A DNA stretch of 64,000 nucleotides, taken from contig JAAXWW010000001.1 of assembly GCA_013334765.1 (NCBI GenBank), positions 108,589 through 172,588 on the forward strand, read 5' to 3'. Positions within the stretch are counted from its first letter, which is position 1; each line of letters opens with the position of its first letter. Below the pieces are notes generated by a model that searched no databases, was not told the DNA's origin, and worked only from the letters and a program-made list of their open reading frames with translations. The stretch is from Candidatus Moraniibacteriota bacterium (GTDB lineage: Bacteria; Patescibacteriota; Minisyncoccia; Moranbacterales; UBA2206). This document shows, piece after piece, positions 15,931 through 24,658 of the stretch. The position numbers were made by a program, and so were the translations under genes.

Positions 15931-16926
15931 ATGACAAAAATCGCAATCAACGGGTTTGGGAGGATCGGACGTCCATCGTTCAAAATCGCTTTCGCAAACG
16001 ATGAATTGGAAGTAGTGGCGATCAATGATCTTACGGATCTCAAAACTGCAGCGCATCTCCTCAAGTATGATTCGTCCTATGGGCGATATGGCAAGGAAGT
16101 CCTCATTGATGAGGAAAACTCGGAGCTGATCGTAGACGGAACGCGCATCAAATATCTGAGCGAACCGGATCCATCCAAGCTTCCGTGGGACGAATTGGGA
16201 GTCGAAGTAGTTCTTGAATGCACGGGAATATTCAACGACAAGGAAAAGGCAGCGAAGCATATAGCAGCCGGAGCAAGGAAGGTCATCCTTTCAGCGCCTC
16301 CGAAAGGCGACGATGTTCCGGTCTATCTCATCGGAGTCAACGACCATGAATACGCTGGCGAAGACGTCGTTTCCAATGGTTCCTGCACCACCAACTGCCT
16401 GGCGCCGATGATCAAGGTCCTGGAGGACAATTTCGGAGTGGAAAAGGGGTTTATGACAACGACGCATTCATATACCAATGATCAGAGGCTCCAGGATCTC
16501 CCGCATAGCGATCTTCGCCGGGCAAGAGCCGCAGCTTTGAATATCATCCCGACAACGACTGGAGCTGCCAAGACTGTCGGAAAAGTGATGTCCAGTCTCA
16601 AGGGTCAATTGGATGGCATAGCGCTTCGCGTTCCGACGCCGACCGTTTCGATCGTCGATTTCATCTGTATATTGAAGAAAGAAGCGACAGTCGAGGAAAT
16701 AAACGAAGCCTTCCGTCAGGCGGCATCCAACGGATTGAGGAATATTCTCGGAACCACAGACGAAGGCCTGGTATCTATGGATTTCAAGGGAGAGAAGAAC
16801 AGCGCGGTTGTCGATTTGCCGCTCACGATGGCTAACGGAACGCTTGCTAAGGTTGTCGGATGGTACGATAATGAATGGGGATACTCGAACAGGATGGTCG
16901 AGATGGCTGTCATCGTGTCGAAATAA
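15931..16926 (+). CDS. gap: Glyceraldehyde-3-phosphate dehydrogenase
   Basis: 'INGFGRIGR' and 'SCTTNCLAP' active-site motifs. Confidence 0.9.
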   Translation: MTKIAINGFGRIGRPSFKIAFANDELEVVAINDLTDLKTAAHLLKYDSSYGRYGKEVLIDEENSELIVDGTRIKYLSEPDPSKLPWDELGVEVVLECTGIFNDKEKAAKHIAAGARKVILSAPPKGDDVPVYLIGVNDHEYAGEDVVSNGSCTTNCLAPMIKVLEDNFGVEKGFMTTTHSYTNDQRLQDLPHSDLRRARAAALNIIPTTTGAAKTVGKVMSSLKGQLDGIALRVPTPTVSIVDFICILKKEATVEEINEAFRQAASNGLRNILGTTDEGLVSMDFKGEKNSAVVDLPLTMANGTLAKVVGWYDNEWGYSNRMVEMAVIVSK

Positions 16927-16949
16927 AAAACGAAATAAAACAAAACATA

Positions 16950-18521
16950 ATGTTCGATATATTAATCCGGAACGGAATAATAATCGATGGAAGCGGCAAG
17001 GCGCCATATCACGGCGATATCGGGATAAAGGGAGATAAGATCAAGGAGATAGGCGAACTTCAGGATGAGAAAGGCGACGTCGAAATAAATGCCGACGGCA
17101 GGATAATCTGTCCCGGCTTTATCGATGTCAATAACCATAGCGATACCTATTGGCGGCTGTTTCTCGATCCGGATCTCGAGAGCCTGGTGCATCAGGGCAT
17201 AACCACCATAATAGGCGGCAATTGCGGGTCGTCGCTGGCTCCGCTGGCTTCTCCGAAAACGATCGAATCGATTCAGAAATGGATCGATCTTCGCGAGATC
17301 AACGTCAATTGGCTGAGCGAGAAGGAATTCCTGAAGGTGCTGGACAAGAAAGGCGTCACGCTCAATTTCGCCACGTTGGTCGGACACGGAACGCTCAGGC
17401 GGGGGCTTCTCGGAGATGAAATCAGAAGCCTCAATGCGAAGGAAATAAAGTTCCTTCATAAGATGCTCAAGCGCGCGCTCAAGGACGGAGCGATCGGCAT
17501 GTCTTCCGGGCTTATCTATTCGCACGCCAAATCAGCCGGCATAGAGGAATTGGTCGAACTGTCCAGGATAGTCAAGGATTATGACGGGGTTTATGCGACA
17601 CACATGAGATCCGAACAGGAAGGATTTTTGGATGCTATCGATGAGACTGTTTATCTGGCTAAAGAGACAGGCGTGAAGACTCATATTTCCCACTTGAAAG
17701 CCATGGGAGAAAGCAATTGGGGAAAAATGGACGAGGCTCTCGCGCTCTTGAGCGATGCCAAGGAAAAGGGCGCGGACATAACATTTGATATCTATCCATA
17801 TACCAACACCGGTTCGGTCCTTTATACCTTCCTTCCCGATTGGGTGACGGAGGGAGGAAAGAAAGCGATGCTATACAAGCTCAAGAACAAGGAGGTCCGC
17901 GAGCGCGTCATTTCGGAAATGAAGAGCTCTCCTTTCGACTATAGCAAAGTTGAGATTTCCATTTCTCCGCTTGATAAGACGCTGGCGAGGCGCAATATCA
18001 TGGAAATCGCCAAGAGCCAGGAGAAGGGCGTGGAGGATGCGATAATAGACATCCTGATAGCGTCCGAGGGGCGCGTCATCACCTCGATCGAGCTTCTGAG
18101 CGAAGAGAATATAAGAAAAGCCCTGTTGCATCCCTTATCGATGGTCGCGACCAACGGTTCCGGATATAGCATAGAGCATGTGAAGAGCGGGGAGAAGGTG
18201 CATCCTAGAAGCTTCGGTTCCTTCACTAAGGTTCTGGAAAAATATGTCAAAGCGGAAAGGATCCTGAGCTGGGAAAGCGCCATAAACAAGATGACCGGCT
18301 TCCCGGCTGCAAGGTTCGGGATTATGAAACGCGGACTTCTGAAAGAGGGATATTTCGCCGATATCCTGATGATAGATTCCGACCGGATAAAGAGTCCTGC
18401 AACGACCAAAAGCCCCTATCAGTATTCATCAGGAATCGATCTGGTCATGATCAATGGGGAAGTGGCGCTGAACGATGACAAGTTTGCCGGCGGCAAGAAC
18501 GGGATGGTCTTGAGGAGATAA
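16950..18521 (+). CDS. Amidohydrolase-family N-acyl-D-amino-acid deacylase (D-aminoacylase)-like protein
   Basis: 'FDILIRNG.IIDGSG....GDIGIKGDKI' and 'PGFIDVNNHSD' metal-binding start; start set at the internal Met 16950. Confidence 0.6.
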   Translation: MFDILIRNGIIIDGSGKAPYHGDIGIKGDKIKEIGELQDEKGDVEINADGRIICPGFIDVNNHSDTYWRLFLDPDLESLVHQGITTIIGGNCGSSLAPLASPKTIESIQKWIDLREINVNWLSEKEFLKVLDKKGVTLNFATLVGHGTLRRGLLGDEIRSLNAKEIKFLHKMLKRALKDGAIGMSSGLIYSHAKSAGIEELVELSRIVKDYDGVYATHMRSEQEGFLDAIDETVYLAKETGVKTHISHLKAMGESNWGKMDEALALLSDAKEKGADITFDIYPYTNTGSVLYTFLPDWVTEGGKKAMLYKLKNKEVRERVISEMKSSPFDYSKVEISISPLDKTLARRNIMEIAKSQEKGVEDAIIDILIASEGRVITSIELLSEENIRKALLHPLSMVATNGSGYSIEHVKSGEKVHPRSFGSFTKVLEKYVKAERILSWESAINKMTGFPAARFGIMKRGLLKEGYFADILMIDSDRIKSPATTKSPYQYSSGIDLVMINGEVALNDDKFAGGKNGMVLRR

Positions 18522-18550
18522 GTACGAAGTTTTCTTGATATAATAAAAAA

Positions 18551-18577
18551 CTCTCATTCTAGTGAGAGTTTTTTTAT
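18551..18577 (+). terminator. Rho-independent terminator after the D-aminoacylase gene
   Basis: ctctcattctagtgagag hairpin followed by TTTTTTT. Confidence 0.6.
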
Positions 18578-18579
18578 GT

Positions 18580-18653
18580 GGGCTTATCTGGATTCGAACC
18601 AGAGACCTCGTCATTATCAGTGACGCGCTCTAACCAACTGAGCTATAAGCCCT
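18580..18653 (-). tRNA. tRNA-Ile (anticodon GAU)
   Basis: Reverse complement folds as a cloverleaf: GGGCTTATAGCTCAGTTGGTTAGAGC...CTGATAA...GGTTCGAATCC...TAAGCCCA. Confidence 0.85.
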
Positions 18654-18659
18654 TCCTGT

Positions 18660-18732
18660 GGACCCTATCGGGCTCGAACCGATCACCCCCTGCTTGCAAA
18701 GCAGGTGCTCTACCAAATGAGCTAAGGGCCCG
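18660..18732 (-). tRNA. tRNA-Ala (anticodon UGC)
   Basis: Reverse complement GGGCCCTTAGCTCATTTGGTAGAGC...CTTTGCAAG...GGTTCGAGCC...AGGGTCCA with G3:U70 Ala identity pair. Confidence 0.85.
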
Positions 18733-18770
18733 TTTTCCGTTAATTCCTGAGAAAACAGCACTAAGGACTA

Positions 18771-18798
18771 TTATACATAAAATTTTCAGCTTGTCTAC
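18771..18798 (-). promoter_or_regulatory. Candidate promoter for the tRNA-Ala/Ile pair (minus strand TAGACA-16-TATAAT)
   Basis: Reverse complement of 18771-18798 reads tagaca...tataat. Confidence 0.4.
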
Positions 18799-18803
18799 TT
18801 TTA

Positions 18804-18832
18804 TTGACAAAATCGTGGAAATGATATAGTAT
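18804..18832 (+). promoter_or_regulatory. Candidate promoter for secE-nusG-rplK-rplA (TTGACA-17-TAGTAT), divergent from the tRNA promoter
   Basis: ttgaca at 18804-18809; tagtat at 18827-18832. Confidence 0.4.
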
Positions 18833-18848
18833 TAGGTAAATAGAAAAA

Positions 18849-18865
18849 AGCCCTGAGGGGCTTTT
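18849..18865. terminator. Short GC hairpin (agccctgaggggct) flanked by an A-run and a T-run
   Basis: Symmetric; could terminate in either direction. Confidence 0.3.
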
Positions 18866-18877
18866 AAAAAAGGGGAA

Positions 18878-19003
18878 TTCTCTACGAATTACGAATTTTT
18901 ACGAATATACGAATCTTTTCTAAATCAGATTCATCCAGGTGGAAAGGCAAGGATTGCCAAGGAAGTATTCGTAATTTCGTAAAAATTCGTAATTCGTAGA
19001 GAA
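18878..19003. repeat. 'Empty' copy (E2) of the TACGAAT-rich inverted-repeat element with no gene between the arms
   Basis: Arms tctctacgaattacgaatttttacgaatatacgaat (18881-18914) and attcgtaatttcgtaaaaattcgtaattcgtagagaa (18966-19002) flank only about 50 nt. Confidence 0.55.
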
Positions 19004-19028
19004 TACAGACAATTTTAAAATCAAAAAC

Positions 19029-19214
19029 ATGAATAAGATTGCCCAATTTTTCAAAGAAGCCAAGGTTGAGCTCATGAAGGTCAATTGGCCGACCAAGAAA
19101 GAGACGATAAATTACACGATGGTCGTTATCGGCATAAGCCTCGGAACGGCGATCTTTCTCGGAGGGTTGGATTATTTTTTCGAATTCATCTTGAAAACAT
19201 TTATTATAAAATAA
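19029..19214 (+). CDS. secE: Preprotein translocase subunit SecE
   Basis: 61 aa with a single C-terminal TM; position immediately upstream of nusG. Confidence 0.75.
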   Translation: MNKIAQFFKEAKVELMKVNWPTKKETINYTMVVIGISLGTAIFLGGLDYFFEFILKTFIIK

Positions 19215-19225
19215 CCTTATAAACT

Positions 19226-19771
19226 ATGGCCAAGCAATCGCAGCACCACGGAAGAGCATGGTATGTCATCCACACCTATTCCGGTTACGAGGATAACGTA
19301 GCGAGGAATCTCAAGCAGAGGATCGAATCCATGGACATGCAGGAATATATTTTCGATGTCATGGTTCCGATGGAGAAGAAGATCAAGATCAAAGCCGGAA
19401 AAAGAACGGTTGTTGAAGAGAAGATCTATCCGGGATATGTCCTTGTGGAAATGGTCGTTACGGATGCTTCATGGTATGTCGTAAGGAATACTCCGAACGT
19501 GACCGGATTCATCGGGCTTGGAACCACTCCGACTCCGGTCGATCCGAAAGAGATCGAGATGCTCAAGAAGAGGATGGGAGTGGCTGAGCCGAAATACAAG
19601 ATCGACGTCAAGGAAGGCGATGTGGTCAAGATCACTGACGGTCCGTTCAAGGATTTCGATGGCAAAGTCAGCGAGGTGGATGAAGAGAAAGGGAGAATCA
19701 AGGTGTTCGTTTCCATTTTCGGTCGCGAAACTCCCGTGGAATTAGACTTTTTACAGATTAATAAGATATAA
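19226..19771 (+). CDS. nusG: Transcription termination/antitermination factor NusG
   Basis: NGN domain 'AWYVIHTYSGYE' and KOW motif 'GDVVKITDGPFKDFDGKV'. Confidence 0.9.
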   Translation: MAKQSQHHGRAWYVIHTYSGYEDNVARNLKQRIESMDMQEYIFDVMVPMEKKIKIKAGKRTVVEEKIYPGYVLVEMVVTDASWYVVRNTPNVTGFIGLGTTPTPVDPKEIEMLKKRMGVAEPKYKIDVKEGDVVKITDGPFKDFDGKVSEVDEEKGRIKVFVSIFGRETPVELDFLQINKI

Positions 19772-19834
19772 ATCAGATCAGGCTAAGTGTCTAAATTCAT
19801 TTTAGAGCTTCTCACTTCGCCCATAAAAAAAACA

Positions 19835-20260
19835 ATGGCAAAGAAAATCAAGGCAATCGTCAAACTACAGATTCAGGCGGGCAAAGCTAATCCTGCGCCT
19901 CCGGTCGGACCGGCTTTGGGACAGCATGGTCTCAATATTCAGGAGTTCTGCGTCAAATTCAATGAGGCGACCAAGGACAAAGGAACCGATATCATCCCGG
20001 CTGAAATAACCGTTTATGAAGACAGGACTTTCGAGTTCATCTTGAAGACTCCTCCTGCTTCTGACTTGCTCAGGAAAGCGGCAGGAGTGGCGAAAGGAGC
20101 TGGAAATCCTCTCAAGGACAAAGTCGGATCGATCAGTAAAGACAAGCTTCGCGAACTGGCTGAAAAGAAACTGCCTGACCTCAATGCGAACGATGTCGAT
20201 GGAGCGATGAAGATCATCGCCGGAACCGCAAGATCGATGGGGATAAAAATCGAGGGCTAG
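19835..20260 (+). CDS. rplK: 50S ribosomal protein L11
   Basis: '[29 protein letters not shown]'; start set at the internal Met 19835. Confidence 0.9.
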   Translation: MAKKIKAIVKLQIQAGKANPAPPVGPALGQHGLNIQEFCVKFNEATKDKGTDIIPAEITVYEDRTFEFILKTPPASDLLRKAAGVAKGAGNPLKDKVGSISKDKLRELAEKKLPDLNANDVDGAMKIIAGTARSMGIKIEG

Positions 20261-20281
20261 TTTTTATTCAGGCATATTTTT

Positions 20282-20425
20282 TGTCATCTCGAGCGTAATG
20301 AGTTCCGCTTGGTGGAACGAATGGAGTCGAGAGATCTGCCCACGAAATTGTTTCTGTGAATATTTCTGCCAGATTTCTCGACTTCGCTGCCTGCCTGCTG
20401 GCAGGCGCTTCGCTCGAAATGACAT
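20282..20425. repeat. MITE-like palindromic intergenic element, copy A (between rplK and rplA)
   Basis: Termini tgtcatctcgagcg / cgcttcgctcgaaatgacat and internal agtcgagagatctg...tcgacttcgct shared with copies at 29415, 35117 and 52045. Confidence 0.6.
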
Positions 20426-20482
20426 ATTATTAATACCTTAATCGTGGGAGGCTGCATATCAGCCGTCTGACCACAAAATATC

Positions 20483-21172
20483 ATGAAGCACGGAAAAAAA
20501 TACCGCGCGGTCGCAGAGAAGGTGGACAGGAATACTGTCTATGCTCTCGAGGAAGCGCTGAAGATCATCAAGGAGAACAAGACTGCCAAGTTCGATGAAA
20601 CTGTCGAGATTCACATCAAGACCAATATCGACCCGAAAAAGGGAGATCAGCAGATCCGTTCGACCGTATCCCTTCCGCATGGAGCTGGAAAGACAAAGAA
20701 AATCGCTGTCATTACGACGACTCATGCTGCTGACGCGAAAGCGGCTGGCGCTGAAATCGTGGGGGGCGAAGAAATGATTGACGAGATCAAGAGCGGCAAG
20801 ATTTTTGCCAAGGCCGGAGGATTCGATGTCCTGGTGGCGACTCCTGAAATGATGCCGAAACTCGCTCCGGTTGCCAAAATCCTGGGACCCAAGGGGTTGA
20901 TGCCGAACCCGAAAACTGAAACTGTGACTGTGAAAATCAAGGAAACAGTGGAGGCTCTCAAAAAAGGGAAAGCGGCATACAAGAACGACAATTCTGCCAA
21001 TATCCACCAAGCGGTCGGAAAAGTTTCTTTCGATGATGCGAAACTTTTGGAGAATATCAAGGCTTTCATGGATAGTCTTGAAAAGGCCAGACCGGTCGGA
21101 TTCAAAGGAAGGCTCATCAAGAGCATCTTCATCTGCTCTACGATGGGGATAGGAATCAAAGTCAATATCTAG
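20483..21172 (+). CDS. rplA: 50S ribosomal protein L1
   Basis: 'MKHGKKYRAV...ETVEIHIKTNIDPKKGDQQIRSTVSLPHGAGK'. Confidence 0.9.
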   Translation: MKHGKKYRAVAEKVDRNTVYALEEALKIIKENKTAKFDETVEIHIKTNIDPKKGDQQIRSTVSLPHGAGKTKKIAVITTTHAADAKAAGAEIVGGEEMIDEIKSGKIFAKAGGFDVLVATPEMMPKLAPVAKILGPKGLMPNPKTETVTVKIKETVEALKKGKAAYKNDNSANIHQAVGKVSFDDAKLLENIKAFMDSLEKARPVGFKGRLIKSIFICSTMGIGIKVNI

Positions 21173-21188
21173 GGTTTCAATAGCATGA

Positions 21189-21218
21189 AACAGCCCTTTT
21201 CAGAGGGGCTGTTTTTTG
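21189..21218 (+). terminator. Rho-independent terminator after rplA
   Basis: cagccc...gggctg stem followed by TTTTTT. Confidence 0.55.
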
Positions 21219-21282
21219 TTTTCGTGCTTGACGCGGCGTACTCTTTTTGATACACTCACAAAGTGTTTTAATATTCAAAAAT

Positions 21283-21849
21283 ATGCCAAATAGAAAAATC
21301 GTTTTCGGATTGATCGGGGAAAAAGGAGCTGGGAAAGGGACTGTTTCGGATTATATGATCGAGAAATATGGGGCGGTGCATTATGGGACTTCCAAGATTC
21401 TCCGCCGCACGCTGGAGGATATCCACTTACCGGTTACAAGGGATAATCTGGTGAAACTGGCGCTGGTTCTAAAAGAAGGATACGGTCCTACGATAATCAT
21501 CGATTCGCTGATCCATGACATGGAAAAGAACGGGTCAGATATCCTGATTGCCGATGGGATCAGGATGCACGGCGATGTGGATCCTTTCAGGAAGAAATAC
21601 GGAGAAAACTTCTATTTGGTATATGTGACGGCTGATCTCAAACTCCGCTATGAGAGGACGAAGGCCAGGAAGGAAAAGGCCGGCGAAGGCGACGCGACAC
21701 TCGAGCAGTTCCTCGAAGAAGAGGGAAAGCTGACCGAAGTGTCCATTCATGAAATCGGCCGCCAAGCGGATTTCAAGCTCAACAACAACGGCACCCAGGA
21801 CGAACTGGAGGCGCAGGTGGAAGAGATGCTTGGAAAAATCAGGAAATAG
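21283..21849 (+). CDS. P-loop NTPase, nucleoside/deoxynucleoside monophosphate kinase-like
   Basis: Walker A 'GEKGAGKGT' at the N-terminus; about 190 aa; context of dNTP-metabolism genes. Confidence 0.45.
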   Translation: MPNRKIVFGLIGEKGAGKGTVSDYMIEKYGAVHYGTSKILRRTLEDIHLPVTRDNLVKLALVLKEGYGPTIIIDSLIHDMEKNGSDILIADGIRMHGDVDPFRKKYGENFYLVYVTADLKLRYERTKARKEKAGEGDATLEQFLEEEGKLTEVSIHEIGRQADFKLNNNGTQDELEAQVEEMLGKIRK

Positions 21850-21857
21850 CTTCGAAA

Positions 21858-21885
21858 ACCCTCCCGCTTAGCGGGAGGGTTTTTA
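21858..21885 (+). terminator. Rho-independent terminator
   Basis: accctcccgc-ttag-gcgggagggt followed by TTTTT. Confidence 0.65.
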
Positions 21886-21956
21886 AATCCTTGACTTTCT
21901 GCAGGATAGCAGATAGGATTGTCTCAGCGAAAAAATATAGCCGAGGAGGCATCACG

Positions 21957-22295
21957 ATGGATGACGGTATTGATCGGTATTTCAGTGTAATCGTTGTCGG
22001 AAGCAATTTGGCTAAACTCGATAATGAGGAAATCCTGGGAGTGATCCAAGCAGCCAAGAAGCTTACCGAGGTCGATCAATGGGTGAAAGATGAACGTTTC
22101 CTGCTCGATACTGGAGCAGGAAAGGCACTGGCTTTGAAACGGATCGAAGCTGGTGACAGAAAGCTCCTTCTTGAAATGGTGGCTTATAACTTGGGTGGGA
22201 CTCTTTACAGGATTCCGCCCAGTGAGCGAGACGCTTTTATTGATGAAGTTCTTGAACAAGCCAATAATCCTCTATTTTATTCTTTCTTCTTATGA
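21957..22295 (+). CDS. Hypothetical protein
   Basis: ORF with RBS gaggagg 8 nt upstream of the ATG at 21957; no recognised motif. Confidence 0.4.
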   Translation: MDDGIDRYFSVIVVGSNLAKLDNEEILGVIQAAKKLTEVDQWVKDERFLLDTGAGKALALKRIEAGDRKLLLEMVAYNLGGTLYRIPPSERDAFIDEVLEQANNPLFYSFFL

Positions 22296-22329
22296 GCCAT
22301 CCATCTGCCAGAGCAGAGTGCGGGCTTAG

Positions 22330-22366
22330 CCTGGGGAGCATCATTGCTCCCCAGGCCTTTTTTTTT
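22330..22366 (+). terminator. Rho-independent terminator
   Basis: cctggggagca-tcat-tgctccccagg followed by a T9 run. Confidence 0.65.
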
Positions 22367-22431
22367 GACTCCCAGGGTGAAAAATAGTAGGATTAAGGAA
22401 CTGAATAGGAAAAACGGGGGATGGTTAATAT

Positions 22432-22980
22432 ATGAAAATCATCGCGGTTATCGGTCTTCCTGGTTCTGGAAAATCAGAATTAATCTCTTATCTTATCGAA
22501 AAATATCATTGGCCGAAAGTATATTTCGGGGACGTTACTTTCGATGAAATGAAACGTCGCGAACTTCCGATCAATGAGAAAAATGAGAGGATGGTTCGGG
22601 AAGAGCTGCGGGAAAAGTACGGCAAATTGCATTATGCGGATAAGGTCATTGAAAAGATAGAATCATTGAGGGGTTCTGAATATGTGATAGTCGAAAGCCT
22701 GTATATGTGGGAGGAATATTTGAGATTCAAAGAAGAATTCGGCGATGACTTCGTAACGATAGCGGTTTATGCCTCTCCGAAAACAAGGTATAATCGCCTC
22801 ATGAATCGTGAATATCGTCCACTGACAGAAGAGGAATCAAAGAGCCGTGATTATGCGCAGATAGGAAACCTGAGCCAGGGCGGGCCGATTGCTATGGCAG
22901 ATTATCTGGTGGTGAATGAGGGGACGAAGGAAGAGCTTGTTGAAAAAACTGATAAAGTAATAAAAAATATAAATAAATGA
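22432..22980 (+). CDS. P-loop NTPase, (d)NMP kinase / dephospho-CoA-kinase-like, paralogous in role to the 21283 gene
   Basis: Walker A 'GLPGSGKSE' at residues 8-16; 182 aa. Confidence 0.45.
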   Translation: MKIIAVIGLPGSGKSELISYLIEKYHWPKVYFGDVTFDEMKRRELPINEKNERMVREELREKYGKLHYADKVIEKIESLRGSEYVIVESLYMWEEYLRFKEEFGDDFVTIAVYASPKTRYNRLMNREYRPLTEEESKSRDYAQIGNLSQGGPIAMADYLVVNEGTKEELVEKTDKVIKNINK

Positions 22981-22986
22981 AATCAT

Positions 22987-23556
22987 ATGGCAGTCAAGAA
23001 AAAAATGAAATCGACGCGGTTGGGCTGGGATGAGACTTTTATGAATATGGCGATAGTTTTGACGAGAAGGGTTTCTTGCCAGGTTGTGAAGACAGCCGCT
23101 GTCTATGTGGATGCGGATCACCGGGTTGTTTCTTTGGGATATAACGGACCAGTCAAAGGCGGATATAATTGCGATGAAGTCGGATGTGCCAAAATAGACG
23201 GTAATCCTAAAACTGGGAAATTGGAAAGGTGCCGGGGGGCTCATGCGGAAATGAATGGCATAATCAATGCGGTTGATCCGAGAGCTCTGAAGGGAGCAAC
23301 GCTTTATAGCGTGAAATTCCCTTGTTTTGATTGCATGAAAGCCTTGGCCAACGCTGGCATAAAGGAAATAGTCTATTATGAGAAATATCTGAGGACGCAG
23401 ACCGGTGGCGAAAAATTCGAAGAGGAGACAGAGGCGGAAGATTTGGCGAAGATGAAAAAGATAAAAATAAGGAAATTCGAAGGAAATGTGCTCTCTGATC
23501 CAGCCGAAAGCCGTGATTCCAAGGAACATAAGAAGGGCGGTAAGAAGTGCTGCTGA
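22987..23556 (+). CDS. dCMP deaminase (cytidine/deoxycytidylate deaminase family)
   Basis: 'HAEMN' zinc motif and 'PCFDCMKALANAGI' (PCxxC). Confidence 0.8.
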   Translation: MAVKKKMKSTRLGWDETFMNMAIVLTRRVSCQVVKTAAVYVDADHRVVSLGYNGPVKGGYNCDEVGCAKIDGNPKTGKLERCRGAHAEMNGIINAVDPRALKGATLYSVKFPCFDCMKALANAGIKEIVYYEKYLRTQTGGEKFEEETEAEDLAKMKKIKIRKFEGNVLSDPAESRDSKEHKKGGKKCC

Positions 23557-23600
23557 CTGTAAAAGGCAATATATTAATTAGTAAACTTAAAAATATTCAT

Positions 23601-24656
23601 ATGGATAAAAAACATCCCGAGTATCAATATCTTGATTTATTAAAAGATATTCTTGATAACGGCTCCGATAAACAGCTATTCTTCACTCCGGAAATTTTAA
23701 AACAGTATGAAGAAAAAGGAGAACAGCCGCCTTTCATTCGCTCTGTTTTCGGTAGAATGATCCGGTTTGATCTGAATGAAGGATTTCCTCTGCTTACTAC
23801 TAAGAAAGTTTTTCATCGCGGTATTTTTACAGAGCTCATATGGTTTTTAAGGGGAGATTCGAATATAAAATATCTTGCTGATAATGACGTTCATATCTGG
23901 GATGAATGGGCCTGGAAGCGCTATCATAAAGCAGCATTGGCAGGTCAGCATGATGACATGACTCAACAGGATTTCATTGCCAAAATAAAAGCGGAAGATA
24001 AAGACAGCGAATTCGTGAAGACCTGGGGGGACCTCATCACAATCTATGGGCGCATGTGGAGGAGATGGCCGGCAAGTGATGGGCGAGAAATCGATCAGTT
24101 AGCTTGGGTTATCGATGGACTTAAAAACGATCCTTATCGCAAGTCTTATGTGGTTTCTTCCTGGAACCCAGACTTCATATATGCCATGGCTTCTGCTGGG
24201 AACAAGAATGAGGTTCCTCCATTCTGCCATACGACCTATCAATTCGGAGTTGTTAATGGAAAGTTGAACCTGGCTCTTTTTCAAAGAAGCGCTGATTCTT
24301 TTCTGGGAGTTCCGTTCAATATTGCAAGCTATGCCTTGCTTTTGCAGATGGTAGCTCAGGTCACCAATCTTCCAGTCGGAGAATTCGTGCATTTCTTTGG
24401 CGATGTCCATGTCTATTCCAATCATATGGATCAGGTCAAGGAGCAGATTTCGAGAATTCCAAAGGCTTTCCCAATTTTGAAGCTCAACTCGGAAATAACT
24501 GATATAGACGGATTTTCAATGAAGGACATCGTTCTGGAAAATTATGACCCGCACCCGATTCTTAAGGCTGAGATTGCTAATATTGGAGGCTTTAAAGAAA
24601 CGACCAAGAATTATGCCAGCAAGTCGGCTTGCGCTAAGGAACAAGATAAGAAATAA
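23601..24656 (+). CDS. thyA: Thymidylate synthase (ThyA)
   Basis: 'PPFCHTTYQF' catalytic Cys loop and 'LALFQRSADSFLGVPFNIASYALLLQM'. Confidence 0.85.
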   Translation: MDKKHPEYQYLDLLKDILDNGSDKQLFFTPEILKQYEEKGEQPPFIRSVFGRMIRFDLNEGFPLLTTKKVFHRGIFTELIWFLRGDSNIKYLADNDVHIWDEWAWKRYHKAALAGQHDDMTQQDFIAKIKAEDKDSEFVKTWGDLITIYGRMWRRWPASDGREIDQLAWVIDGLKNDPYRKSYVVSSWNPDFIYAMASAGNKNEVPPFCHTTYQFGVVNGKLNLALFQRSADSFLGVPFNIASYALLLQMVAQVTNLPVGEFVHFFGDVHVYSNHMDQVKEQISRIPKAFPILKLNSEITDIDGFSMKDIVLENYDPHPILKAEIANIGGFKETTKNYASKSACAKEQDKK

Positions 24657-24658
24657 TT

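Noticed and set aside
13804-19003. Possible CRISPR array from the recurring 'tacgaat' repeats
   Set aside because: The repeats occur as only two inverted arms per locus, not as a direct-repeat/spacer series, and no cas genes are present.
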